In this document: one piece after another, positions 25,929 through 35,499 of the stretch
Position numbering within the stretch: the stretch's first letter is position 1
Layout: every line of letters starts with the position of its first letter
Source: a virus
Taxonomy: Duplodnaviria; Caudoviricetes
DNA length: 64,000 nt
IMG/VR virus record: IMGVR_UViG_3300047160_009226
Span: 1-64,000 of that record
Direction: 5' to 3' (one strand)
Program-made: the position numbers and the translations under genes
Notes under the pieces: generated by a model
The model's input: the letters and a program-made list of their open reading frames with translations, nothing else
Databases searched by the model: none
Told to the model about the DNA's origin: nothing

Positions 25929-26468
25929 TCAATCCAAATGTGTGGGTAAAGGTGCCAGATTATCTAACCCCCGTGCCATCATAAGTAAAAATGATTCCCA
26001 TTGCTTGAGTTTGGCCTCTAAACGTCTCTGTTCTGCTGTCTGCTGTGTATACTTACCCCGAAACTGACTGACACGTTCCTGTAAATCCAGGACCTGATCC
26101 AAGATTGTATTTTTATCGACATTTAACTTGCCGATGGTTGGCCTAAGAGCTTCTTCCAGGATACCCCTTTTCTTAGTCTCCTCCTGCCTCTGTAAAGCTG
26201 TACGGCGATGAATCAACTTGATAGATCGTTGCTGTCGAAGAGCAATGGCATTCTTAAGAGGCTCTATTAGATTCTGCTTCTCAGGGTCCTCCATAACACT
26301 CAATAACCGTCTCTGGAGTGCTATGGCCTGCATCGAATTAGCATTGGCTACTTTCGCCAGGTCGTCAAGTTTTTTCACCTTGAGAGGATCGATTTTATCC
26401 TCGGGTAAAACTTTGTCGATCTCTTCAACTTGAGGTTCTTCTTGTCCGGTGCTCATGATCTCACACAC
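25929..26468 (-). CDS. Coiled-coil hypothetical protein
   Basis: 179 aa with heptad-rich sequence. Confidence 0.7.
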   Translation of the reverse strand: MCEIMSTGQEEPQVEEIDKVLPEDKIDPLKVKKLDDLAKVANANSMQAIALQRRLLSVMEDPEKQNLIEPLKNAIALRQQRSIKLIHRRTALQRQEETKKRGILEEALRPTIGKLNVDKNTILDQVLDLQERVSQFRGKYTQQTAEQRRLEAKLKQWESFLLMMARGLDNLAPLPTHLD

Positions 26469-26480
26469 TCCCTAATAAAC

Positions 26481-27233
26481 TTAGTTATCTAGAAAACCCC
26501 CTGATTCATACTTACAAAGAACAGAGCCGCCAGCAGAGAAACCACCCCCAGCTTTAAAAGTGCTGAAAAATCCCTCTGGTTTTCCCATGTCGATATGCAA
26601 AGGACTCCGATTAATTTTCTTCTCTATCATCTCTTTATATCTATCCGAATTTTGTTTGAAAATGTAATAAAAATGGAACAGTCCCCTCTTATATGTAATC
26701 GGACGAGTATAAGAGTGTTGCCCTGTAATACCAAACATCACTTCTTGGAAAACCCACTCAGATACATCTCCTTTGTTAAGTGTCTCCCACAATTCATTGG
26801 GTTGTTTATCAAAAACCTTATAGAGATCGGATCTCCTAAAAAGAGCCAGCACTTCACCATAAACCCTGCCAAAATCCTCGGGGTAGTCCCATATAAAATT
26901 CGTCCAAAACTGACCGGACCAAGGTGGTTGGTTCGTCCTCTTAAAAAAACCCTGTAATATAACTCTTGGCTCACCTGAAAAAGTACGCTCATAAATGATT
27001 TCAGCGATCTTACCAACCACAGGACTAGACTCAATCCATTTACGAAGTTTCGCCCCAAAAGTCTGGTTCAACCAACTCCAATCAGACCATTCTCCTCCAT
27101 CGTCATCACTATCATCATCTTCATCAACGGGCGGTAACCCAGGACCACCTACATCCGTTTTAAAACGTTCCAGTGGCTTAGAACGCTCCAAGGTCATGAC
27201 AGCAATTCGTGTATAGTCGTCAGTGAGAATCAC
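26481..27233 (-). CDS. Hypothetical protein with class-1 leader (MILTDDYTRI)
   Basis: 250 aa; overlaps the terminase stop. Confidence 0.75.
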   Translation of the reverse strand: MILTDDYTRIAVMTLERSKPLERFKTDVGGPGLPPVDEDDDSDDDGGEWSDWSWLNQTFGAKLRKWIESSPVVGKIAEIIYERTFSGEPRVILQGFFKRTNQPPWSGQFWTNFIWDYPEDFGRVYGEVLALFRRSDLYKVFDKQPNELWETLNKGDVSEWVFQEVMFGITGQHSYTRPITYKRGLFHFYYIFKQNSDRYKEMIEKKINRSPLHIDMGKPEGFFSTFKAGGGFSAGGSVLCKYESGGFLDN

Positions 27234-29359
27234 CGTCTTCCACCTCGTGGAATTAGAGGATGTCCTCTTTGTGTGCGAACCAAGACTTCCTGCCGCTGTC
27301 TAGCCATCTCAGCTCGATCCCTAATGCTACTAGTCGCTGCCGTTGATGTTCTTGAAGTAATGTTAGGAGGTTGCTGCACAATCTCAGTCTGTGCCACAAA
27401 GAGTGCTCGACTTACACTACTGTATTGATCATCATGCTGCCCTTCAGTTTCAGGACACCTAAGAGCAATCTTTTTCACGGAGCCACCCGTCTCTTTGCGA
27501 TCCAGCCGACAAAGTTCACGAATCAAGGAGTCATCTATCTTCCAATCCTCAAAAGGTACAAAAATAGTAAATTGTGCTTGCTCAATATATGCAATGAAGT
27601 TACGAGCTACTTGGTCATTAAAAGCTGCTGTCATATTAACGAGTTCAAGTCCATCACGAGCTTGTGATGTCAAGTGAGACGTAATTCCATACGCATTCCA
27701 CTGATCGCCTAGCCCCTTACGCACATTCCAACGGACCCAAAGCTCATCGATATGCTTGGCGATCTTTTTAATGGAGAGAAGATCTAGTTCTTCTCGAGTC
27801 TCGTCCAGATAGTCTTCATATCCAGGGAGTCCATAACCAATCACTTCATGTAAAATTAGTCGTCCAAGTCCCTCCGCATTCATGGCAATAAGAGATATTG
27901 TCGTACGGTCACTGCCTGCTTTCAATCCACCAAGGTCAAACCCACAAAACACATCTTCGCCAGGAAGTAACCATTGATGGCTACCTGGCTCCTGACGACA
28001 ACGCTCAACGACTTCTCGCGTAAAAGCCTTTCGATACTGATCACTGTACCTGGCTTCGTATTCCTGTTCATAACCAGCCGGATCGACTGCATGGAAACTT
28101 CGAAGTGCCTTCGAGCTTAGAAGCGGATTGACCCACGGACTCGGAATGTGTAATGCCAAGGAATTAGAAAGCTCAGAATCACCATCCCAGATACCCTGCT
28201 CAACTTCATACATATACGACTCCGTGGTCAGCGGAGTCGAAACAATGATCATTAATCCTTCAGGTTCATCTGTTTCTGGATTCTTTAAATCTGAAATTCC
28301 AGGTGCTATAGCAGTAAAAATCTCCTTATCACTTGAATTCGAATCCTTGATGTGGGACATGAAGAGCCCGAACTCTTCAAGAAGCCCTAACATGATCGCT
28401 GGACCACGAGTCGCTCTAGCAGAGCAAGGATCTGCTTTAACTTTAATCCCCGACTCAGAATCCAAACCATTGTCAATGTTATAAGGAGTGTTCAGATCAA
28501 TTCGTCTAACGTCGTCGTGATCAACGAATCTTCTGAGATAAGGAGATCTTTTAATAGTCGCCCTTGCAGGTGCTAGAAGATCCTGTGCCTGAACCTTTGT
28601 CGTTGCAATAAGAGTAATAGTAATCGGTTGATCGCGTCTAGTTTGATAATACTCTTGAGGGTGATACTTCTTCAAAACCCTATAACAAAAATAAGCCGCA
28701 ATCCATTGAGCTAGTGACGATTTGGTTCCTCTGCGACCGAGCCGGAACACCACTAAATTCATCTGCCGACCAAGATTTCGTTCGTATTCATCTCTGGAAA
28801 GAGAAATCCGACAATTATCTGCTCCAGGTCCATCTCCATAGAGAAAGTCAAAGAATTCGCTTTCGTTATACGTGCCTACAATATTCTCACGAAACTTATC
28901 CCAAACTTCGATGCGACCAATAACAGCGTCTCCAGCCAACAAAGGAACTTCAGGTTCTTCATCCAGTATTACGATCTTTTTAAGTAGGTTTACCTTCCGA
29001 ACTCTAACTGCCAGATTCTCTCCGATATCCAAGTATTTGACACGTCTGAATTGATCTGGCCGAAAACATTTGAACTGCGTAGGGCTGATAACTTCCGTAA
29101 CTAAGTCATCAGATCGGTCATCTAGAGGGATGCCAAAGATAACTTTAAGAATGAATCTTTGAATTGGATACGGGTTTTCATTGAGTCCCCATTCAGCCCT
29201 CACGTATTCTATAATGTCTATTATAGATTCTTTATCTTCTACGGGCTCTATGATACTCTGTACAATTTGATCGATTTCAGAACCAGTTGCGGATAGCCGC
29301 TTCCGGTCCTGGTTTCCTATCTCTCGGAGAATATCCTCCGCACTAAAATTACCAGTCAC
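27230..29359 (-). CDS. terL: Terminase large subunit
   Basis: Walker A LGRRGTKS, motif IATTKVQA, Walker B LLEEF, coupling motif VSTP, RNase H-like CGFDLG and HDD. Confidence 0.92.
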   Translation of the reverse strand: MTGNFSAEDILREIGNQDRKRLSATGSEIDQIVQSIIEPVEDKESIIDIIEYVRAEWGLNENPYPIQRFILKVIFGIPLDDRSDDLVTEVISPTQFKCFRPDQFRRVKYLDIGENLAVRVRKVNLLKKIVILDEEPEVPLLAGDAVIGRIEVWDKFRENIVGTYNESEFFDFLYGDGPGADNCRISLSRDEYERNLGRQMNLVVFRLGRRGTKSSLAQWIAAYFCYRVLKKYHPQEYYQTRRDQPITITLIATTKVQAQDLLAPARATIKRSPYLRRFVDHDDVRRIDLNTPYNIDNGLDSESGIKVKADPCSARATRGPAIMLGLLEEFGLFMSHIKDSNSSDKEIFTAIAPGISDLKNPETDEPEGLMIIVSTPLTTESYMYEVEQGIWDGDSELSNSLALHIPSPWVNPLLSSKALRSFHAVDPAGYEQEYEARYSDQYRKAFTREVVERCRQEPGSHQWLLPGEDVFCGFDLGGLKAGSDRTTISLIAMNAEGLGRLILHEVIGYGLPGYEDYLDETREELDLLSIKKIAKHIDELWVRWNVRKGLGDQWNAYGITSHLTSQARDGLELVNMTAAFNDQVARNFIAYIEQAQFTIFVPFEDWKIDDSLIRELCRLDRKETGGSVKKIALRCPETEGQHDDQYSSVSRALFVAQTEIVQQPPNITSRTSTAATSSIRDRAEMARQRQEVLVRTQRGHPLIPRGGRR

Positions 29360-29382
29360 TACAAACCTCTACCTTTTCCACT

Positions 29383-30282
29383 TTAAATAAGGCCCGGATC
29401 AACTTCTTGTTTCTGCTCTTTGATTCTCTGAGCATAAGCTTTCCGAGCTTCACTGATTTTTTGTCGCGTTTCTAGGCTGTGTTTTCTTCCCCTTTGACCT
29501 TCACTAATGTTTTGCCTGGTTTCCACACTTAGATTTTCCACCTTATGAGACTCACTTATTTTCTGCCTCGTTTCCGCATTTTGTTTTCTCTTTCTACCAG
29601 CTTCACTCAACTTCTGTCGAGTTTCTAAACTAAGGTTTTCCGCCTTTTTAGCTTCGCCCATTTTCTGTCGAACTTCAGCGCTACGTTTTTTCCCTTTGTT
29701 AGCTTCACTTATTTTCTGTCGAACTTCAGCACTACGTTCTTTCCCTTTCTTAGCTTCACTGATTTTTTGTCGAGCTTCGACAGTGTGTTTGTTTCCTTTG
29801 TGAGCCTCTTTCATTTTTTGTCTGACTTCTACACTCCTTTTCTTATTGCGGTTAGCATCACCGATCTTTTTTCGTGTTTCTTCTGACTGTCGTTCTGAAG
29901 ATGGTCTCAGATTGTAGCCAAACTTCGGATGAGCCGATTTGAATCTCGCAATATATTCATCCTCAATAACACCCAACAAATCATCTTTGTATATATACTC
30001 TAATATTTCCCAAATAAAAGCTCCGGAGCCATGTTCATCCCAATCCTTCTGAAGTCGATTAGAAATACGCTGACTTTTGTTTAAGCAACTCCGCTCACCT
30101 CTCCAGCGATTACGAAAATTAAGTGTACTACCAAGATACCTCTTCCCGTTAACCAAACACAGAATATGATAAACCCCCATTTTTGACTTCTGATCATCGT
30201 AAAGAGCCAATATATTGGCCTTACGAGCCTGAATCTCCTTAACCATCTCGCAAAACAACGGACAATAAAATTGATCTGACAT
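29383..30282 (-). mobile_element. Free-standing GIY-YIG homing endonuclease with NUMOD3 repeats
   Basis: GVYHILC...RYLGST...RW, EDEYI, YN; many ETRQKISE-type repeats. Confidence 0.9.
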
Positions 30283-30333
30283 AACTCACCCCCTAAAAGT
30301 AGATACTAAAAACTTAGCGATAAAACTCTCTAC

Positions 30334-30828
30334 TTAGCCAATCGCTTGTTCTCGCTTAGCAGTGATGCGGGATAACAACTTCTGAAAGACTATCTCTCTC
30401 GTCTCATGAGCCACGCCTGTTTCACGAAGAACATCACGAACCATAGAAACAACTGATGAAATCGTTGCTAATTCAACCTGTACTTCTTCTCTCCCAGCGA
30501 CTTCATCGAGACGTTGCGCCAGTGACCTGAGTGCAGAGAGCCTGCGTGCAACGATCGACGCAGTCTCTCCCGGCTTCGACTTCCTTGTACCATAGGAAGC
30601 CTCGATCAAGACTCTCAGCCTATCACACTCAGTGGCCAGTTCCAAACATATTTGGTCTGTGGTCTTCGCTCTCACCTCATCAATTAAGGGGATGTAGTCA
30701 GAGAGCGGTGCACATATTCTAGACATAGGATCGTCTAGAAGCGGTACCGTACTCGACTCATCCCCTTCTTCTTCATCTGATTGCCGGTTCACCGGCACTT
30801 TAACGATGCTTAGTCCAGTCGTAATCAT
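30334..30828 (-). CDS. Helical hypothetical protein, possible terminase small subunit
   Basis: 164 aa and upstream of terL; function inferred from position only. Confidence 0.5.
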   Translation of the reverse strand: MITTGLSIVKVPVNRQSDEEEGDESSTVPLLDDPMSRICAPLSDYIPLIDEVRAKTTDQICLELATECDRLRVLIEASYGTRKSKPGETASIVARRLSALRSLAQRLDEVAGREEVQVELATISSVVSMVRDVLRETGVAHETREIVFQKLLSRITAKREQAIG

Positions 30829-30833
30829 AAAAT

Positions 30834-31871
30834 TTAGAGCTGCATACTACCCCCAAGAGCGTCAATTTGTCTTTCGATTCTTGCCGTCTTGCGGGTATGC
30901 ACCGCTCCATTCTCCTTGAGGATTTGCATTTTAGAATAAATTTGACTGGCTATTCGTGTACTCATTGCGCCTTCAGACAACATACGACTTGCCAATCCCG
31001 CCAATTTCATAAATGATGCCTGAATCTCCGCTGCAACCTCTCGATCCTCTTCTGAAGATGTACGATCAAAATCAGGTGTATCTATTTCTGAATTCTGATC
31101 AACCATACCTGCTATAGATCGATCGTCTTTAATATTTGCAGGAATATCTACTTTCATGTCACTGCCAAACATATCATTAAGGTCAGTGATACTACTTCCA
31201 TCATCGTCGTCAATGACACCAATACCCAATGATTCTGCATTCACTTTTCGAGCCGGTCCCGTCAGTCTCTTGGGCTTGATCTCAAAAGACTCGGCTGGTT
31301 CAAGAATTGACGCAGCCCGCCGTGATGCGATTCTGGCTTTAATTCCTGTGTCTGCATCAACAAAAGTCGTAGCCTTGATCTTGCGGTCATGAAGTCCAGC
31401 CACTCGACTCGTCGGATTCCCTTGTCCCATCTCAACCGTTCGTGCTTCACTTTCACCCAATGTGCGGTTAGCTATGAGAATATCAGCTGTCCTGTGAACG
31501 GCTTTTTCAGGGACATGATTCGGCCCATCAATCAATGTGCCACCCATCAGACCACAACTGGCATTTCTATTAAATCCACATGAACCACACATCGGAGTCT
31601 TGTACGTCAAAATCTTCAAATGAGAATCTTTAGAGTTTTCTTTGGCTTCTTTGGCTGCCTGACAAGTTTTATACATGTTGGGATCATGTGCTGCATGTCC
31701 CAGAATTAAATACTCACGACTGATTCGAGCAGCTAATTTTCTTTTTTCCACAGAAGATAAAACTGAGACTACAGGATGGAGACCTTCAGCCAGATCTGAT
31801 CCAGTCCTGCCCTCAGACAGCAACTGGCGAGCTACCTTAACAGCCTGGCCAAATGGAGACATTAATAGCAC
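30834..31871 (-). CDS. Head-block protein with Cys cluster (CGSC...C)
   Basis: 345 aa; CGSCGFNRNASCGLMGG; ARIASRRAAS linker. Confidence 0.8.
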   Translation of the reverse strand: MLLMSPFGQAVKVARQLLSEGRTGSDLAEGLHPVVSVLSSVEKRKLAARISREYLILGHAAHDPNMYKTCQAAKEAKENSKDSHLKILTYKTPMCGSCGFNRNASCGLMGGTLIDGPNHVPEKAVHRTADILIANRTLGESEARTVEMGQGNPTSRVAGLHDRKIKATTFVDADTGIKARIASRRAASILEPAESFEIKPKRLTGPARKVNAESLGIGVIDDDDGSSITDLNDMFGSDMKVDIPANIKDDRSIAGMVDQNSEIDTPDFDRTSSEEDREVAAEIQASFMKLAGLASRMLSEGAMSTRIASQIYSKMQILKENGAVHTRKTARIERQIDALGGSMQL

Positions 31872-31894
31872 TCCTGAAAGTCACCTAATTAATA

Positions 31895-32152
31895 TCAGGC
31901 GACATTCTGTTGTTCTTCATTACCAAAAATATGTTCCGTTAGGGGCTCATCTTTTGGATCATAACGTCTCTCGATCTGAACTTCTCCTGTCTCTGGATTC
32001 TGCCAAAGCTGCCATGGACAATCCCGTCGAGTCACTTGAACCAAAGATTGAGCCTCGCGGGTCGGGGACCCAATTCGTGTCGATGCCTGCCTGGTTCGAT
32101 GACGTCGAGTCGCTATGTCCAGGTCCTCGTTCCCTTCGAACATCTTCGTCAT
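31895..32152 (-). CDS. Small head-block protein overlapping the tail of the upstream gene
   Basis: MTKMFE...RTRQASTR...LVQVTRRDCPWQLWQNPETGEVQIERRYDPKDEPL; has an RxA site and a globular-looking core; start uncertain. Confidence 0.55.
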   Translation of the reverse strand: MTKMFEGNEDLDIATRRHRTRQASTRIGSPTREAQSLVQVTRRDCPWQLWQNPETGEVQIERRYDPKDEPLTEHIFGNEEQQNVA

Positions 32153-32651
32153 CGGAGCCAATCCCTGTCTCATCCTCTGAGGAGAGTAATTGATCTCCGG
32201 ATTGATGCACTTCGGATCGAGCATTTTCTTCATGATTCTCATCCCCAAACTCATCAACCATAGAGAGCATACAATCAAACCGAATTAGCTCTCCAATTGA
32301 TGGCCACCTAATTGCCAACTCATTGGGATTCATCTTCCGAAAATCACTCTTGAGTTTTTCAACATCTCTCTTTAGCTCAAATAATGGACAAACTCTGGCC
32401 TTGTTGTTCCAACATTGGGATGCACCATTTTCATGTAACCCCATTGCTCCAATTTTGCAGTTCCATATATTCTCACCAAGTTGAATTCCGTGATTCAAAC
32501 AGTTTGTGGTACTTTTAACGGTGAATTCTGATATGAATGCACGTTCGGCTTGCTTGGCTTTTCGAGTCAAGCGTCTCTTAACCCATTCTCTCAACTCTTG
32601 TATATTCATAAACTTATCGTGAGAAAAAACCGGGCAAGTCCTACGCCGCAT
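31959..32651 (-). CDS. Cys-containing hypothetical protein with low-complexity tail
   Basis: Likely start at 32609 (MNIQEL); CLNHG...WNC...QCWN...VCPLF. Confidence 0.7.
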   Translation of the reverse strand: MRRRTCPVFSHDKFMNIQELREWVKRRLTRKAKQAERAFISEFTVKSTTNCLNHGIQLGENIWNCKIGAMGLHENGASQCWNNKARVCPLFELKRDVEKLKSDFRKMNPNELAIRWPSIGELIRFDCMLSMVDEFGDENHEENARSEVHQSGDQLLSSEDETGIGSDDEDVRRERGPGHSDSTSSNQAGIDTNWVPDPRGSIFGSSDSTGLSMAALAESRDRRSSDRETL

Positions 32652-32689
32652 TGAGACTCACCCGGTTTTGCGGAGATAATCTCCAAAAA

Positions 32690-33280
32690 TTACTTATAGT
32701 ATGACGAGTATCCCTCGTAAGCAGATCCGCCAGGGGTCTTGCTGAAGTCATTATGGTCCTTGTCTTTCGGCCGAAGTGCTACAAAGAGAGTAATCGTCCC
32801 CGTGTTCGCCGTCGAAGTCCCCCCGACAATCAACGGCGCACCTGCTCGCAAAATATTCAACCCCTGTCCCAGTGTATCTGGCTGGATCGTAAACACATTC
32901 AACGTGCCCGGCTGAAGAATCGCCGTACTGAATGGTTGTCCGGTAACGTCCAAACAATTTGCTGTCGTCAAAAATTGATTCGGAACAGCAGGTTGGATCA
33001 CACCATGTAGTGTATAAGCTCCATACCCTAAGGTAAATGGAGATGCCACTGCTGTTGTTACCACATCAACCAGTGCTCCCATTGCCACGACCTGATAATC
33101 GTAGAAGGGATTCAGGAACAGTACCGCTGCCTCCCCAGTGGGAATCGCACTCAACTTCATCGGAAAATTCACCACTCGATCCTTGAGTGCCGGAATGACA
33201 TTTCGTGATCTGATCATTTTTTTCCCCTTTAAGGAAGCCCTTATGCTTCCCGTCGCAGGAATTATTCGTATCCCTATCAA
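32690..33280 (-). CDS. Putative structural beta-rich protein
   Basis: 196 aa, Thr/Gly/Val-rich. Confidence 0.7.
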   Translation of the reverse strand: MIGIRIIPATGSIRASLKGKKMIRSRNVIPALKDRVVNFPMKLSAIPTGEAAVLFLNPFYDYQVVAMGALVDVVTTAVASPFTLGYGAYTLHGVIQPAVPNQFLTTANCLDVTGQPFSTAILQPGTLNVFTIQPDTLGQGLNILRAGAPLIVGGTSTANTGTITLFVALRPKDKDHNDFSKTPGGSAYEGYSSYYK

Positions 33281-34791
33281 TCCGCCGGAATGCTTTCAAT
33301 CTTGTCAAGAAGTCTGCAGTACTGTCGATTCACCCCTTCATAGTCGATCTTCCCGGAGGCCGTCACCAGACGATTATTCTTGCCCTGATATTCGGCAGCT
33401 CCATTCCAGTAGGGCAAGAGTTCCATCGGAACGAAATCCGGTCGAGCTATACGCACTTGTCGAGGCGTCTCTCGATACGCTATCCGTGTTGATGCCGTCC
33501 TTCCACGGCTCGCCGAAGCAGCCCGACCACGATAAAACTTCAAAGCACCACGGTACTTGTCATCGATGACATAGTAATCGACATCGCCACTGCGATCTAG
33601 CAACCGTCCCTCGCTGGCAATCCGTTGTGCAGCCCGATGCCACAGACCATGCATCTCCTTAGGAACGTGAATAGGTCTGTAGACCTTCACTTCAGCTTCA
33701 TTTCTGTTCCCATTCCTCCTGACATCTCTATTGCGGGAAGACTTCCGTCCCCGATACTGACCCGACAGCCCGCCCAGCGGCTGATCCCGCTCCACGTTAT
33801 CGCCAGGCTCGTCGTTCAAGAGATCGTCGGGATCCTTCACTTCGGGCTTCACTTGACGATCAGCCATGCGTTCAATCACAGAACGTGCCCGTCCCCGACG
33901 TGTGCTGCTGGTGCGGATATCGTTGAAATTCTGCCGATTCGGCGGCTCAACACCTCGGCGATGATGACCGGAATCTGGTCCCGTGTCATTGTCGGTCTGA
34001 GCATAGGTGCCATAAAACTGAAGCGTCCCACCTTCCTGATCGACATCAACCGGCTTGGCAATATCCTCATCCCCGGACTCACCCAGATCAGCCGTCGACA
34101 ATCGATCCTCAGAGCCAAACGTACCAATGTCAACATCCATGTCAGTGTCGGCGTCGATCTTAGCAGCCGATCTTCCCTGCGAAGAACCCATCGCCATTGT
34201 CGCAGCCCGGCGAACCTGATCCCACTGTCCTCTGCGTGCAAATTCGGCAAGATCCGCAGGAGACAGATCGTTAAACGGCCATGATGTCCTTCCTGCCTGT
34301 CGTCCACGAGAACGATTCCGACCCGACTGCACTAAAATCCGATGCTTGTCCTTCCCGCTCGTAGACTGAGCAAAGTCCAAATCAGAAAGGATATCAGCAG
34401 GATTCTTATCAATGGCTTTCGCCAGAGAATCATTCCCGATTGGTGCTTTGTGGTAGTCGTCGGCCTCGTAAGAGTCATCGTAGGCCGCTTCCGGTCCCCA
34501 TGCTCCCTGCTCTCCGTCGGGATCTCCCGCCGCTGCAGTGCGAGCTACTCTCGTAGCTTCAGTATCCAATTCATTGGACACCGTATCCAGGTTAGCCGCT
34601 AAGGCCATGAGCCTCTTAGCATGTCTCGGATATTTTTGGGACAAATCCTGGACCGAATCGGCCAGGTCGTCGAGTTCCGATGTTACAGGGTGTCTCTTCT
34701 GACGCTGTGGCTGCTCTGACGAGCCCTGGACTTCATCATCATCCAGATCGTCTAACTCTGAAGCCGCCAGGCGTCTCGTTTTATTGGCCAC
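33277..34791 (-). CDS. Modular putative internal head protein
   Basis: 504 aa; modules separated by RRLAAS, RTAAAG, RQAG, RSAAK and RTASTRIA; two related C-terminal helical units. Confidence 0.85.
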   Translation of the reverse strand: MANKTRRLAASELDDLDDDEVQGSSEQPQRQKRHPVTSELDDLADSVQDLSQKYPRHAKRLMALAANLDTVSNELDTEATRVARTAAAGDPDGEQGAWGPEAAYDDSYEADDYHKAPIGNDSLAKAIDKNPADILSDLDFAQSTSGKDKHRILVQSGRNRSRGRQAGRTSWPFNDLSPADLAEFARRGQWDQVRRAATMAMGSSQGRSAAKIDADTDMDVDIGTFGSEDRLSTADLGESGDEDIAKPVDVDQEGGTLQFYGTYAQTDNDTGPDSGHHRRGVEPPNRQNFNDIRTSSTRRGRARSVIERMADRQVKPEVKDPDDLLNDEPGDNVERDQPLGGLSGQYRGRKSSRNRDVRRNGNRNEAEVKVYRPIHVPKEMHGLWHRAAQRIASEGRLLDRSGDVDYYVIDDKYRGALKFYRGRAASASRGRTASTRIAYRETPRQVRIARPDFVPMELLPYWNGAAEYQGKNNRLVTASGKIDYEGVNRQYCRLLDKIESIPAD

Positions 34792-34824
34792 AGTAGCAGC
34801 CCTCCCGGGTTAAACCGTAGGAAT

Positions 34825-35499
34825 TTACTCATAGTGGGGAACTGTAATCTTGTAAGCCCTGCTTCCATTCTCCAAAGTCGATCCATGTTTTTTGGCAATT
34901 CGACCCAACACAGAGGCTTCATCGCGAGAATTCAGTTGGCCTTTATATGCGTAAATATATGTCGCTGTCTTTCCAGAAGAATTAGGTGCAACCGTAAAGT
35001 CTACTCCCAGATCATCTAGCTCGTTCTCAATTCGAGAAACTCGTTCAGTGGCTTCTTGTTCCGCTTCCAAAGTGTTGGCCATCCGATCCAATCGTAAAGC
35101 CATACCTCGAAGATTGCTCGCCTCACGAGGAATCTCCTTGCCCAACCCTTCTAAGTGGTCAGAAATGCGATCCAGAGCCTTGCCCGATGCAAATCGATCC
35201 ATGCGGTTACCGTTGACATTCGAGTTTTCTGGCGACTTGACTTCGAAATAGTGTGCCCCCTGGCTCTCGGCAACATCAAGAGCCTTCCTGAAATTCACCC
35301 CTCGATCGACGGCCCAACGTTTGAGGTCGATCAACAACTCCTTGAGAGACTCCTGCGGATTCGCCGTGGCGTGATAACCACCGGCATATGTAGCCAAGAG
35401 CTTGTCGATGTTGGCAACCTGCGCCGTCCGACGTCCTGCCGAACGATCGACGGCCCGACTACTCCGCAACTCTCTTGTAGTTTCTTTGACGTTCATCAT
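34825..35499 (-). CDS. Modular putative internal head protein
   Basis: 224 aa; RRTAQ and RFASG linkers; helical LDRISDHLE...LDRMANTLE module. Confidence 0.8.
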   Translation of the reverse strand: MMNVKETTRELRSSRAVDRSAGRRTAQVANIDKLLATYAGGYHATANPQESLKELLIDLKRWAVDRGVNFRKALDVAESQGAHYFEVKSPENSNVNGNRMDRFASGKALDRISDHLEGLGKEIPREASNLRGMALRLDRMANTLEAEQEATERVSRIENELDDLGVDFTVAPNSSGKTATYIYAYKGQLNSRDEASVLGRIAKKHGSTLENGSRAYKITVPHYE

